Below are positions 25,715 to 34,179 of a stretch of DNA of 40,691 bases, piece by piece. The notes under the pieces are model-generated. The model saw only the letters and a program-made list of their open reading frames with translations, searched no databases and was not told the DNA's origin. How positions within the stretch are numbered: the first letter of the stretch is position 1; each line of letters opens with the position of its first letter. The DNA is taken from assembly GCA_018657655.1 (NCBI GenBank), contig JABHWQ010000358.1, positions 1 to 40,691 on the forward strand. Reading direction: 5' to 3'. The stretch is from Chloroflexota bacterium. Lineage in GTDB: Bacteria > Chloroflexota > Dehalococcoidia > SZUA-161 > SpSt-899. Both the position numbers and the translations under genes were made by a program.

Positions 25715-26506
25715 ATGAAAGCAGTTCTATTAACGAGAAAATCTCCTCCTCAGTGCTACTGTGCCAACATGTTATTTCAGAGTGGTATTATATCTAGCAC
25801 TGTGTTAGATATACCACTTTCAAAGAAGAGGACTACTACCTTCTGCAACGCAGTTTTGGGATATATTGTTCACCCTATAGTTGCTATTCGTAAAGCCAGA
25901 AATGTTGTTTTTCATGAAAGGTTCTTTGGGGATCGAGAATATCACAACAATAGGATATTGCGACACAACTATAAAACCATTGATCCAGAACTTGCAGCAG
26001 TCTCATTTAATGATATCAACGATGAAGATTGTGTATCCTGGATAGGCCAATATAAACCTGATTTTGTTTTTGTTTTTGGAACTTGCTTGATTAGACGCAG
26101 ATTACTTGAAGCTTTTCAATGTCCTGTTGTGAACATGCATTGGGGATGGTCACCAGACTATAGAGCCGAAGGCATTGTTTCAGCTCTTGCAACGGGAGGT
26201 TCGAAGGACCTCGGTGTGACTGTACATCTTTTAGACATAAGTGTTGATGGTGGAGATATTCTCTATCAGGAACGAATTGTGATTGATATACACGATAATT
26301 TCTATTCAATCGGACTGAAACTTGCATTGCGTGGAACTGAGTTGTTTATCCGTAGCTACCAGAATTTTGAAAAAGATGGATCACTTGCAGGAATGAAGCA
26401 GGATACCTCACGAGGGAAGTTGTATTCGGGTGAGTTTATGAGACGTCATCCACAGTTGTACTATCAGGCTTGGAAGAATCTTTCCGCAGAACAAGGTAGA
26501 TTGTAA
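25715..26506 (+). CDS. formyltransferase-family protein (Formyl_trans_N-like; candidate sugar N-formyl/acyl transferase)
   Basis: 263 aa. Motifs: PDFVFVFGTCLIRRRLLE...VVNMHWGWSPDYRAEG (N-x-H retained, canonical SLLP replaced by GWSP) and GVTVHLLDISVDGGDILYQ (catalytic Asp region). It lacks the FMT C-terminal domain. Confidence 0.7.
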   Translation: MKAVLLTRKSPPQCYCANMLFQSGIISSTVLDIPLSKKRTTTFCNAVLGYIVHPIVAIRKARNVVFHERFFGDREYHNNRILRHNYKTIDPELAAVSFNDINDEDCVSWIGQYKPDFVFVFGTCLIRRRLLEAFQCPVVNMHWGWSPDYRAEGIVSALATGGSKDLGVTVHLLDISVDGGDILYQERIVIDIHDNFYSIGLKLALRGTELFIRSYQNFEKDGSLAGMKQDTSRGKLYSGEFMRRHPQLYYQAWKNLSAEQGRL

Positions 26507-26509
26507 ATA

Positions 26510-27481
26510 GTGTTTAAAAACCTCGCGAAGAAGTGTATCCGATCCAAACCGGTTCAAGCATTGCTTGCTGCTGATATTGTTTTTAACCAAGCCTGCAAGA
26601 ACTCGGTTGTAATTCTTCTATACCATGATGTTTCGGAACATCCTGGTGAATTTAGTCGCATATATAATCTGAATGTACCACCAAATGTATTTGATCAGCA
26701 AATAAAAATACTAAGCAAATTATTCAACGTCATTACACCACAGCAATTAATTGCGGGAGAATATGAAACACCGGCAGCTCTGATTACCTTTGACGATGGA
26801 ATGGTAGGTTATTTCGAAAATGCTGTTCCCATTATGAAGCTTTATCAGTGCCCATCAACAGTCTTTCTGAATATGGGCCCGGTAAATGGAGATATCTTTT
26901 GGGCGGGATTAGTAACCTATCTTTGCGAATATGATCAGCGCTTTCTGGAAGCTCTAATAGACTATTATAAAGGAGCGGTTCCAAAACCGCACCATCTATA
27001 CTGTGCACGTCAAATGGTCGAGGAGTATTTGGCTGAGAATGACCAAAACAGTATATATCAAGCTGCTCGGAACTTCTACGGTGGATTCGCTACAAGACAA
27101 CACCTCGATTCGGTAGATAATGATGAGTTGGTATATTTTGGCAATCATCTCTACAATCACTATAACGCTACCATGCTATTTGATAACGAATTGAAGGAAT
27201 CTTACCTAAAAAATCGAGACGAACTTTTACAATTTAATAATAGTGTGGAGCTTTTTAGTTATCCCTTTGGCCAACCAGGTAGCTGCTACAACCAGAATAC
27301 AGATTCTTTGATCTCCGATTGTGGATCTCAGAAACTATTCACAGCTAAACCAGCCGTCAATTCGGATATGACGCGAAACATAATGCATAGAATTCCGTTA
27401 ATCGGTGATATGTGTTTTGAACAGGACATCAAGTCTGTTGTATCCTATTGGAAACTGAGGAGATTTATCGATCGTGACTAG
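26510..27481 (+). CDS. polysaccharide deacetylase (NodB/CE4 family)
   Basis: 323 aa with a GTG start after AAGGTAG. Motif 1 is ALITFDDGMVGY. Downstream His-containing motifs include YFGNHLYNHY. Confidence 0.75.
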   Translation: MFKNLAKKCIRSKPVQALLAADIVFNQACKNSVVILLYHDVSEHPGEFSRIYNLNVPPNVFDQQIKILSKLFNVITPQQLIAGEYETPAALITFDDGMVGYFENAVPIMKLYQCPSTVFLNMGPVNGDIFWAGLVTYLCEYDQRFLEALIDYYKGAVPKPHHLYCARQMVEEYLAENDQNSIYQAARNFYGGFATRQHLDSVDNDELVYFGNHLYNHYNATMLFDNELKESYLKNRDELLQFNNSVELFSYPFGQPGSCYNQNTDSLISDCGSQKLFTAKPAVNSDMTRNIMHRIPLIGDMCFEQDIKSVVSYWKLRRFIDRD

Positions 27482-27692
27482 TTGAATTTAAACATAGATC
27501 GCAAAGTGCTATAATTATTATCCAATGAGAGCCATGTTTTAAATTAGGGTCAAACGAACGTGATATAACAATCGAGAGTCATATGGTCGTCTCAACCATC
27601 CCAAAAGATATTGTGGGAGTTACAATTACACAAATGATGTACAGGAACTCGAGGATCTGTTTATCCAAATTTATGTTAAGGCGCAATTGTTG

Positions 27693-28736
27693 ATGGGAAA
27701 CGCACTTAAAGCCGGTATAGTTGGCTATGGATATATGGGGCAAATTCGTAAGACTGTAATCGAGGAACACCCCAATTTGGAGCTATCTGCAATATGCGAT
27801 GCGAATTTGCTATTAGCTGACTCGGATTTTGGATGTCCGATTTTCACAGACTATCGGGATATTCTCGAAAAGGATGTTGATATTGTCTTCGTATGTACTC
27901 CCAATGCTTTCTCCCCTGAAATAGTCATAAGCAGTCTGAATCAAGGAAAGCATGTATTCTGTGAGAAACCGCCCGGAAGGTCGATCGATGATATCAGAGA
28001 CATCATCGAAGCTGAAAAGGCGAATACACCAGCAAAGCTGATGTTTGGATTTAACCATCGCTATCACCCGTGTGTCAACGAAGCAAAGGTGTTGGTTGAT
28101 AGTGGGAGATACGGAAAGATACTCTCTCTGAGAGGCGTCTACGGGAAATCGGGAGGATTGGGTTTTGAGGACTCCTGGCGCAACAAAAAAGAGATTTCAG
28201 GGGGCGGGATTTTATTGGATCAAGGAATCCATATGATGGATCTATTCAGGCTATTCTGCGGAGACTTCCAGGAAGTAAAGGGTTTCGTGACGAATTCATA
28301 CTGGAATATCGATATGGAAGATAATGCTTTCGCGATGCTGCGAAATGAGCAAGGCCAGGTGGCGACGCTACATTCATCTGCAACCCTATGGAAGCATACG
28401 TTCCGTTTAGAAGTTTTCATGGAACAAGGCTATTTTGTGATATCGGGTTTGTTATCCAAGACGGGCAGCTATGGCCGAGAAACGTTAGTAGTTGGGAAAC
28501 GGCAATTTGAGGATGAGACATTCGCATTAGGGAATCCTCGGGAAGAGGTGACCTATTTTGACCGCGATCTTTCATGGATTACCGAGGTGAGTGACTTCGT
28601 GGATTGTATTCAAAATGACAAGTGCGTTACCAACAGTTCATCCACTGATGCTTTGAAAGTTATGGAACTCATTGGCCGGATATATGGTGATGACCCAAAA
28701 TACAAAGTGGAGAGATTTGGGGGAGGAGGGGAATGA
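27693..28736 (+). CDS. Gfo/Idh/MocA family NAD(P)-dependent oxidoreductase
   Basis: Motifs: LKAGIVGYGYMGQ (Rossmann fold), HVFCEKPPGRS (EKP motif) and FNHRYHP. The ORF is open from TTG 27687, but the ATG at 27693 is more likely. Confidence 0.85.
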   Translation: MGNALKAGIVGYGYMGQIRKTVIEEHPNLELSAICDANLLLADSDFGCPIFTDYRDILEKDVDIVFVCTPNAFSPEIVISSLNQGKHVFCEKPPGRSIDDIRDIIEAEKANTPAKLMFGFNHRYHPCVNEAKVLVDSGRYGKILSLRGVYGKSGGLGFEDSWRNKKEISGGGILLDQGIHMMDLFRLFCGDFQEVKGFVTNSYWNIDMEDNAFAMLRNEQGQVATLHSSATLWKHTFRLEVFMEQGYFVISGLLSKTGSYGRETLVVGKRQFEDETFALGNPREEVTYFDRDLSWITEVSDFVDCIQNDKCVTNSSSTDALKVMELIGRIYGDDPKYKVERFGGGGE

Positions 28737-29746
28737 AGACCACTGTTCAGTATGACGATATAAGAGAGTTTGAGTTCAAACCCGGCACAACTCTGAGTTC
28801 ATATCTGCAACTTACGCGAGATGATGTGAAATCGTATTTTCTCAGTGGGTCCTCTTTGGTGGATTGTAGCTGCCCTGCATGTCTCAGCCATGAGCGCAGT
28901 GAGGCTTTTTCCAAGTTCGGATTGAACTATCAGGAGTGCTCTAATTGCCAGACACTCTACGTTTCCCCCCGACCCGATGAAAACGCGATTGATGAATACT
29001 ATCGGAAATCAAAGGCCCGTGAATTCTGGAACCAGCATCTACTAACAGAGACCGAAGCAAAACGTCGAGAGAAACTATTTAAACCGAGAGTCCAGTGGAT
29101 CATTGAGACCGTTGAAGAATACTTCCCTTCCGCACAGCGTTTTTCCAGTATTAACAGTGTTCATCCCCCGTTCCTTCAGGAACTGGTTGAAAGCGACTAT
29201 TTTAAAAAGATACGCATCGTCACTCCAAGGGCTGATTTGAGCCATGTTAACTGTGAGAAGGATGGCGTCCAGGTTGTTAATGATGCAATTGGCGCTTTCT
29301 CGAATCCAACAGATGCTGTTACTCTTTTTGAAGTGATCGATCGGCTTTCCGATGTCAATGCTTTCGCCGGGGCTCTTGATAAAATGCTGGTTCCAGGTGG
29401 ATTGTGTTTTTTGACTACAATCTCTATTAGTGGATTTGATCTACAGGTACTGTGGGACAAGTCCAATAGCATATTCCCTCCGGATCGAATGAATGTGCTT
29501 TCCACAGAAGGTTTAATGCTCTTGTTTGAAAGACACGGTTTTGAATGCATTGAACTAAGTACTCCCGGGCTGCTGGATGTTCAGATCGTTGCCAATGCAT
29601 ATAAAGAAAATGCTTCGATTGAAATACCGCGATTTGTACGATACCTTATGGAGCAAAGGGATAACGATACCCTTCAGACATTTCAGGAATTTTTACAGAT
29701 GAATCGGTTGAGTTCATTTGCTCGGGCTGTGTTCCAGAAGAAATAG
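28733..29746 (+). CDS. Zn-ribbon plus class I methyltransferase-fold protein with a degenerate SAM-binding loop
   Basis: 337 aa. Zn ribbon: CPACLS...CSNCQTLYVSPRP. MT motifs II/III: DAVTLFEVIDRLSDVNAFAGALDKMLVPGGLCFLTT. Where LDxGCGxG is expected the sequence reads FSSINSVHPPFL, with no glycine. Confidence 0.6.
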   Translation: MKTTVQYDDIREFEFKPGTTLSSYLQLTRDDVKSYFLSGSSLVDCSCPACLSHERSEAFSKFGLNYQECSNCQTLYVSPRPDENAIDEYYRKSKAREFWNQHLLTETEAKRREKLFKPRVQWIIETVEEYFPSAQRFSSINSVHPPFLQELVESDYFKKIRIVTPRADLSHVNCEKDGVQVVNDAIGAFSNPTDAVTLFEVIDRLSDVNAFAGALDKMLVPGGLCFLTTISISGFDLQVLWDKSNSIFPPDRMNVLSTEGLMLLFERHGFECIELSTPGLLDVQIVANAYKENASIEIPRFVRYLMEQRDNDTLQTFQEFLQMNRLSSFARAVFQKK

Positions 29747-29760
29747 GGGAGGGAGATTCA

Positions 29761-30360
29761 GTGTCCTACGTTAGTGAATATTTGGATGAAGTCAAGAAAG
29801 TTGTCGATGGAATAGACCAGTCCGTGATAGATAAGATGGTCGATCTGCTTGTCGGTATTAGAGAGAGCGGAGGTCGCCTTTTCTTTCTTGGAGTAGGTGG
29901 TGGCGCGGGTAATGCATCCCACGCTGTCAATGACTTTCGCAAAATCGCGGGAATTGAATCCTACTCACCGAGCGATAATGTCTCTGAGCTAACTGCACGG
30001 ACAAACGATGACGGGTGGGACACGGTATTTGTGGAATGGCTCAAAGGTTCCAGGCTCAATCAGAAAGACGGGGTATTCGTCTTCTCTGTTGGTGGTGGAG
30101 ATGCAGAACGAAACATCAGTGCAAACCTGGTTCGTGCGCTAGAATATGCCCAAACTAAGGGGTCGAGAATAATGGGCATCGTTGGTCGTGACGGTGGGTA
30201 TGCCGGCAAGATAGGAGATGCATGCCTGATTATACCAACAGTCAACCCAAATACAATAACCACTCATACTGAAGCCTTCCAGAGTGTTATCTGGCATCTG
30301 GTAGTGTCTCATCCGAAGGTACAGGTTTCAGAAATGAAGTGGGAATCAACGACGGAGTGA
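29761..30360 (+). CDS. SIS-domain sugar-phosphate isomerase, GmhA-like (single domain, no CBS)
   Basis: 199 aa with a GTG start after a strong RBS (GGGAGGGAG). Motifs: GGRLFFLGVGGGAGNASHAVNDF, VFSVGGG, RIMGIVGRDGG. Confidence 0.75.
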   Translation: MSYVSEYLDEVKKVVDGIDQSVIDKMVDLLVGIRESGGRLFFLGVGGGAGNASHAVNDFRKIAGIESYSPSDNVSELTARTNDDGWDTVFVEWLKGSRLNQKDGVFVFSVGGGDAERNISANLVRALEYAQTKGSRIMGIVGRDGGYAGKIGDACLIIPTVNPNTITTHTEAFQSVIWHLVVSHPKVQVSEMKWESTTE

Positions 30361-30364
30361 GCAA

Positions 30365-31048
30365 ATGCCGATTTTCTTAGATACCGGGAATATTAGTGAT
30401 ATTGAGAAATACCTTAAGATGGGGATCATCCGAGGCGTAACCACAAACCCTACCATTCTGCTCCAGGCTGGTGTTACTGGTGGAATGAAAGGGATCAAGG
30501 AAAGATCGGTGGAAATCGCCAACCTGGTTGATCCTTACCCCCTTTCAGTGGAAGTGACAACGAATGATCCTAAGATGATGTTGGAGCAGGCACAAGAGTT
30601 TGCAGGGTGGGCCAAGAACATCAATGTAAAAATAACGATCCACGGACCGAAGGGTGAACTAGACAATCTGGAAATCGTGCATGAATTGGAAAACAAGCAT
30701 GATATTCGCGTCAATGTGACTGCGATGATGAGTGCTCAACAGTGTCTTCTGGCTGCGATGGCGGGCGCTACGTATGTATCATTATTTGGTGGACGGGTGA
30801 ATAACATGGGCTACAACTCCTGTGAAGAAATCAGAAAACTCCGCACGGTCCTTGATGATTTCTCATTGGATGCTAGTATTATTATCGGTTCCACGCGCGA
30901 GGTGCTTAATATCATAGAGTGGCTTGAAGCTGGTGCGCATTTGGTAACCGTAGTTCCCAAATTACTTGAGGGAATGATCGTTCACCCTTACAGTAAAGAG
31001 ACTGTACAGATGTTCCTGGATGACGCTGCCAAAACTGAGAAGGCATAG
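30365..31048 (+). CDS. fructose-6-phosphate aldolase / transaldolase subfamily 3B (FSA/TalC-like, class I aldolase)
   Basis: 227 aa. Motifs: MPIFLDTGNISDIEKY...IRGVTTNPTIL, NINVKIT (Schiff-base Lys region), VNVTAMMS and YVSLFGGR. Confidence 0.85.
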   Translation: MPIFLDTGNISDIEKYLKMGIIRGVTTNPTILLQAGVTGGMKGIKERSVEIANLVDPYPLSVEVTTNDPKMMLEQAQEFAGWAKNINVKITIHGPKGELDNLEIVHELENKHDIRVNVTAMMSAQQCLLAAMAGATYVSLFGGRVNNMGYNSCEEIRKLRTVLDDFSLDASIIIGSTREVLNIIEWLEAGAHLVTVVPKLLEGMIVHPYSKETVQMFLDDAAKTEKA

Positions 31049-31056
31049 CATTAACT

Positions 31057-31851
31057 ATGGCAAACTTAAATGAGAAGCGACGTGATCTGCGAGCAAAGTT
31101 GAGAAACCGTGAGCGGGTCTTTGCCGCTTGGACGTCTCTAGCGCACCCTTCGATATCCGAGGTTTTCTGCAGAATTGGCGTGGACTTTGTCGGAATTGAT
31201 ATTGAACATAGCACCATTAGCCAGGAACAGTCACAGCGAATCATCGCTGCTTGTCAGGGGAACGGTAGTTTATGCTTGCCAAGAGTAGCTTCTCACAATA
31301 TGGAGATGATCAAACGGTTACTGGATTCTGGCGCAGATGGCCTGATAGTACCGACTGTGTCTACACCTCAAGAAGTCGAACAGTTGATCTCATGGTGTAA
31401 ATATTCACCTATTGGGAAGCGTGGATTTGGAATCGCACGTGCGCAGGGGTATGGTTTTGACTTCGACCAATATACCTCGGAATGGAATGATATTTCATCT
31501 CTTATCATCCAAATAGAAACGATCCAGGGTGTTGAGAATATCGATGATTTATTGAAATATGAAGAGGTTGATGCGGCAATGGTGGGGCCCTATGATCTTT
31601 CAGCTTCGTTGGGTGTTCCGGGTGAATTGGAGCATCCCAAAGTGGAAGAGGCCTGTAAACGCATTATTGATGCCTGTGTCAGACATGGCAAGGCGTGTGG
31701 TACCCAGTTAGTCGAACCTGATCGTGAGAATCTGAAGAAGAGTTTTTCTTCAGGATATACATTTGCAGTTCTGGCCTCGGATGTCTTCCTTCTATGGAAG
31801 TGGGGCGACCGGATGAAATCGCTTGTTACGGAGCTAAGGCCAGAGGCATAG
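31057..31851 (+). CDS. HpcH/HpaI-family class II (metal-dependent) pyruvate aldolase
   Basis: 264 aa. Motifs: WTSLAHPSISEVFCRIGVDFVGIDIEHS, IIQIETIQGVENIDDL (Glu ligand) and AAMVGPYDLSASLG (Asp ligand). Confidence 0.8.
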   Translation: MANLNEKRRDLRAKLRNRERVFAAWTSLAHPSISEVFCRIGVDFVGIDIEHSTISQEQSQRIIAACQGNGSLCLPRVASHNMEMIKRLLDSGADGLIVPTVSTPQEVEQLISWCKYSPIGKRGFGIARAQGYGFDFDQYTSEWNDISSLIIQIETIQGVENIDDLLKYEEVDAAMVGPYDLSASLGVPGELEHPKVEEACKRIIDACVRHGKACGTQLVEPDRENLKKSFSSGYTFAVLASDVFLLWKWGDRMKSLVTELRPEA

Positions 31852-32511
31852 GTGCTGATGACGATCAAAACGATAGTTCTCGATTTTGATGGTGTCATTG
31901 TTGAATCGGAGGAGATTAAGAACCAGGCATTTCGAGACCTGTTCAGTAATTATCCGCAATATGTTGACCAAATCATGAGTTATCATCTGGCGCACAAAAC
32001 AACATCACGATATGATAAATTCGAATATATAGTGACCCATATTCTTGGTGAGACTTGCGATGAAGCAAGAGCATCCGATATAGACTCCCGGTTTTCGCCC
32101 CTTATTCGCCAACGAATAATCGAATGCTCGTTTGTCCGGGGTGCAGAGGAATTTCTTGAGTATTTTTCCACAAGCTTGCCGTTATATTTGGCTTCAGCTA
32201 CTCCGCAGGAGGAACTGGAGAGCATCATTAAGGCCAGAACGATAGATTCTTATTTCGCAGGCGTATATGGTAATCCGTGGCAAAAAACTGATGCGATCCG
32301 ACAGATACTGGAATTAGAATGTGTTAGTCCGGATTCCGCAGTCTATGTTGGAGACACCAGGGATGACTATGAGGTCGCTGAAGCGTTAGGAGTTATCTTT
32401 GTGGGCCGGACGAATCAGCAAACCTTTGATGATCTGGAAATCATGGCTTATAGTGACTTAATTGAAGTTAAAGCATGCGTCCAGAAAATGATGGGAGGAG
32501 CTGCGTACTGA
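31852..32511 (+). CDS. HAD-superfamily hydrolase, subfamily IA (phosphatase; phosphoglycolate phosphatase/beta-PGM-like)
   Basis: 219 aa. Motifs: IVLDFDGVIVESE (DxDG motif I), LASATP, VYVGDTRDDYEVA. The start is GTG 31852 or ATG 31858. Confidence 0.8.
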   Translation: MLMTIKTIVLDFDGVIVESEEIKNQAFRDLFSNYPQYVDQIMSYHLAHKTTSRYDKFEYIVTHILGETCDEARASDIDSRFSPLIRQRIIECSFVRGAEEFLEYFSTSLPLYLASATPQEELESIIKARTIDSYFAGVYGNPWQKTDAIRQILELECVSPDSAVYVGDTRDDYEVAEALGVIFVGRTNQQTFDDLEIMAYSDLIEVKACVQKMMGGAAY

Positions 32512-32539
32512 TTCGTAGGCCGGATAGGGTATATACGGA

Positions 32540-33319
32540 ATGTCAGACTATTTATCAGATCTTTTTAAACTGGAGGGAAAAGTGGCCATTGTCATCGGTG
32601 CTGCTGGTTTGCTTTGCAGTGAGATGGCATCAGCACTTGCCAAGGCAGGCGTGAAAGTCTGTGTGGCAGACAGGAATGTTGATGGACTTAAAGGTATCGT
32701 TGATGCCATTGTTGCCGATGGCGGAACTGTGACGAACTTCAGTTTGGATGTAACTCATAAAAGCGAACACGAGCGGCTACTGGCAGAGGTGCTTCAGGTT
32801 TATGGCAGAATAGATATCCTGATTAACGGAGCCGGAATCAACGCTCCCACACCGGTGCTGGATATTTCTGAGGACGAATGGCAGAGTATTCTGGATACGA
32901 ACTTGAAGGGTACCCTCTTCGCATGCCAGGTTTTTGGGGGGCATATGCTTAGTAATGGGCGGGGATCTATCATCAATATCTCATCAGCTTCGTCCGGCCC
33001 GCCGCTGTCAAAAGCTTTCACCTATTCTGTATCGAAAGCGGGCGTTAAGAATCTTACACAGAACCTGGCTCGAGAGTGGGCACCGTTTAACGTCCGTGTA
33101 AATGCGTTGCGACCAGGCTTTTTCCCAACGGAATGGAGTCGCCAGAATTTCATTTCACCAGACAGGGGAAAGTACATTTTGGGGCATACACCTATGGGGC
33201 GCTATGGAGAGCCTGTAGAGCTTGTGGGAGCCGTTCTCTGGCTTGCCTCCGATGCGGCAAGTTTCGTAACCGGTGCGGAGATTGCTGTTGACGGTGGTTT
33301 TACCGCTATGACAATCTAG
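32540..33319 (+). CDS. short-chain dehydrogenase/reductase (classical SDR)
   Basis: 259 aa. Motifs: VAIVIGAAGLL, NGAG, the catalytic YSVSKAG, and PGFFPTE. Confidence 0.85.
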   Translation: MSDYLSDLFKLEGKVAIVIGAAGLLCSEMASALAKAGVKVCVADRNVDGLKGIVDAIVADGGTVTNFSLDVTHKSEHERLLAEVLQVYGRIDILINGAGINAPTPVLDISEDEWQSILDTNLKGTLFACQVFGGHMLSNGRGSIINISSASSGPPLSKAFTYSVSKAGVKNLTQNLAREWAPFNVRVNALRPGFFPTEWSRQNFISPDRGKYILGHTPMGRYGEPVELVGAVLWLASDAASFVTGAEIAVDGGFTAMTI

Positions 33320-33392
33320 AACATTTGAAGCGCCATTTGGACATTATTCATTTCATTCCAATCAGAAAACATATCAACTGAAGGTCATTATA

Positions 33393-34160
33393 GTGAACAA
33401 AGAGTCGGCTGAAAAACGTACAGTCATTATTACTGGCGGAACCACAGGGATTGGTGCTGCAGTATCTCAGGCTTTTTACGCGCAGGGCGCAAATGTCCTC
33501 ATCGCCGCACGTAATGATAATGGGATTGCGGAATCTCTGGGAGAGAGGGCCCATTTTCAACAAGCTGATGTAAAAGAGCAGGTGCATCATCAATCGCTGG
33601 TGAAGACGGCTCTCGAATGGACAGGCCGACTTGATGTCTATGTTAACTGTGCCGGATATTCCGAATGGCGGCCGATAATTAGGGTCGATGAGACTTTTTG
33701 GAACGACATGATAGATACCAATCTTAAAGGAACGTATTGGGGTTGTAAGGCTGCTGCCGAACGAATGGAAAGGGGCGGATGTATTATCAATGTATCCAGT
33801 CTTGCGGGTAAACGTGGTAGCGCGAACAATACCGTTTACTGTGCGTCCAAGTTTGGTGTCAATGGCGTAACCCAGGCATTGGCGAAGGAACTGGGCCCGA
33901 GAGGTATCCGAGTTAATGCAGTATGCCCCGTGTATGTGGATACCGACGGCTTACAAAAGGCTCTGATTGATAAGGAATCACCTTCACAAGGTGAAGACGT
34001 CGGATGTTTTTTAGGGAAATTTGCCATCGAGAATTCAGCGTTATGCAGAATTCCGTCGGCGGATGAGGTCGCTAACCTTTGTGTGTTTTTATCCTCTTCG
34101 GAGGCATCTGCTATCACTGGGCAGTGCATAAACGTAGATTGCGGAGTTCTACCTCAATAG
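33393..34160 (+). CDS. short-chain dehydrogenase/reductase (FabG-like SDR)
   Basis: 255 aa with a GTG start. Motifs: VIITGGTTGIGAA, NCAG, the catalytic YCASKFG, and CPVYVDT. Confidence 0.85.
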   Translation: MNKESAEKRTVIITGGTTGIGAAVSQAFYAQGANVLIAARNDNGIAESLGERAHFQQADVKEQVHHQSLVKTALEWTGRLDVYVNCAGYSEWRPIIRVDETFWNDMIDTNLKGTYWGCKAAAERMERGGCIINVSSLAGKRGSANNTVYCASKFGVNGVTQALAKELGPRGIRVNAVCPVYVDTDGLQKALIDKESPSQGEDVGCFLGKFAIENSALCRIPSADEVANLCVFLSSSEASAITGQCINVDCGVLPQ

Positions 34161-34179
34161 ACTGTTAAGATTAAAGCCT

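Noticed and set aside
27507-27515. Extended -10-like TGCTATAAT in the 27482-27692 gap, with TTGAAT at 27482, as the promoter of the second sub-operon.
   Set aside because: The only -35-like hexamer is 22 nt upstream, which is too far, and the taxon and its sigma-factor preferences are unknown. The gap probably does hold a promoter, but I cannot support a specific site.
27579-27770. Minus-strand 63-aa ORF occupying the intergenic gap.
   Set aside because: It overlaps the start of the Gfo/Idh/MocA gene, has no RBS or motif, and lies in an AT-rich spacer where random ORFs are expected.
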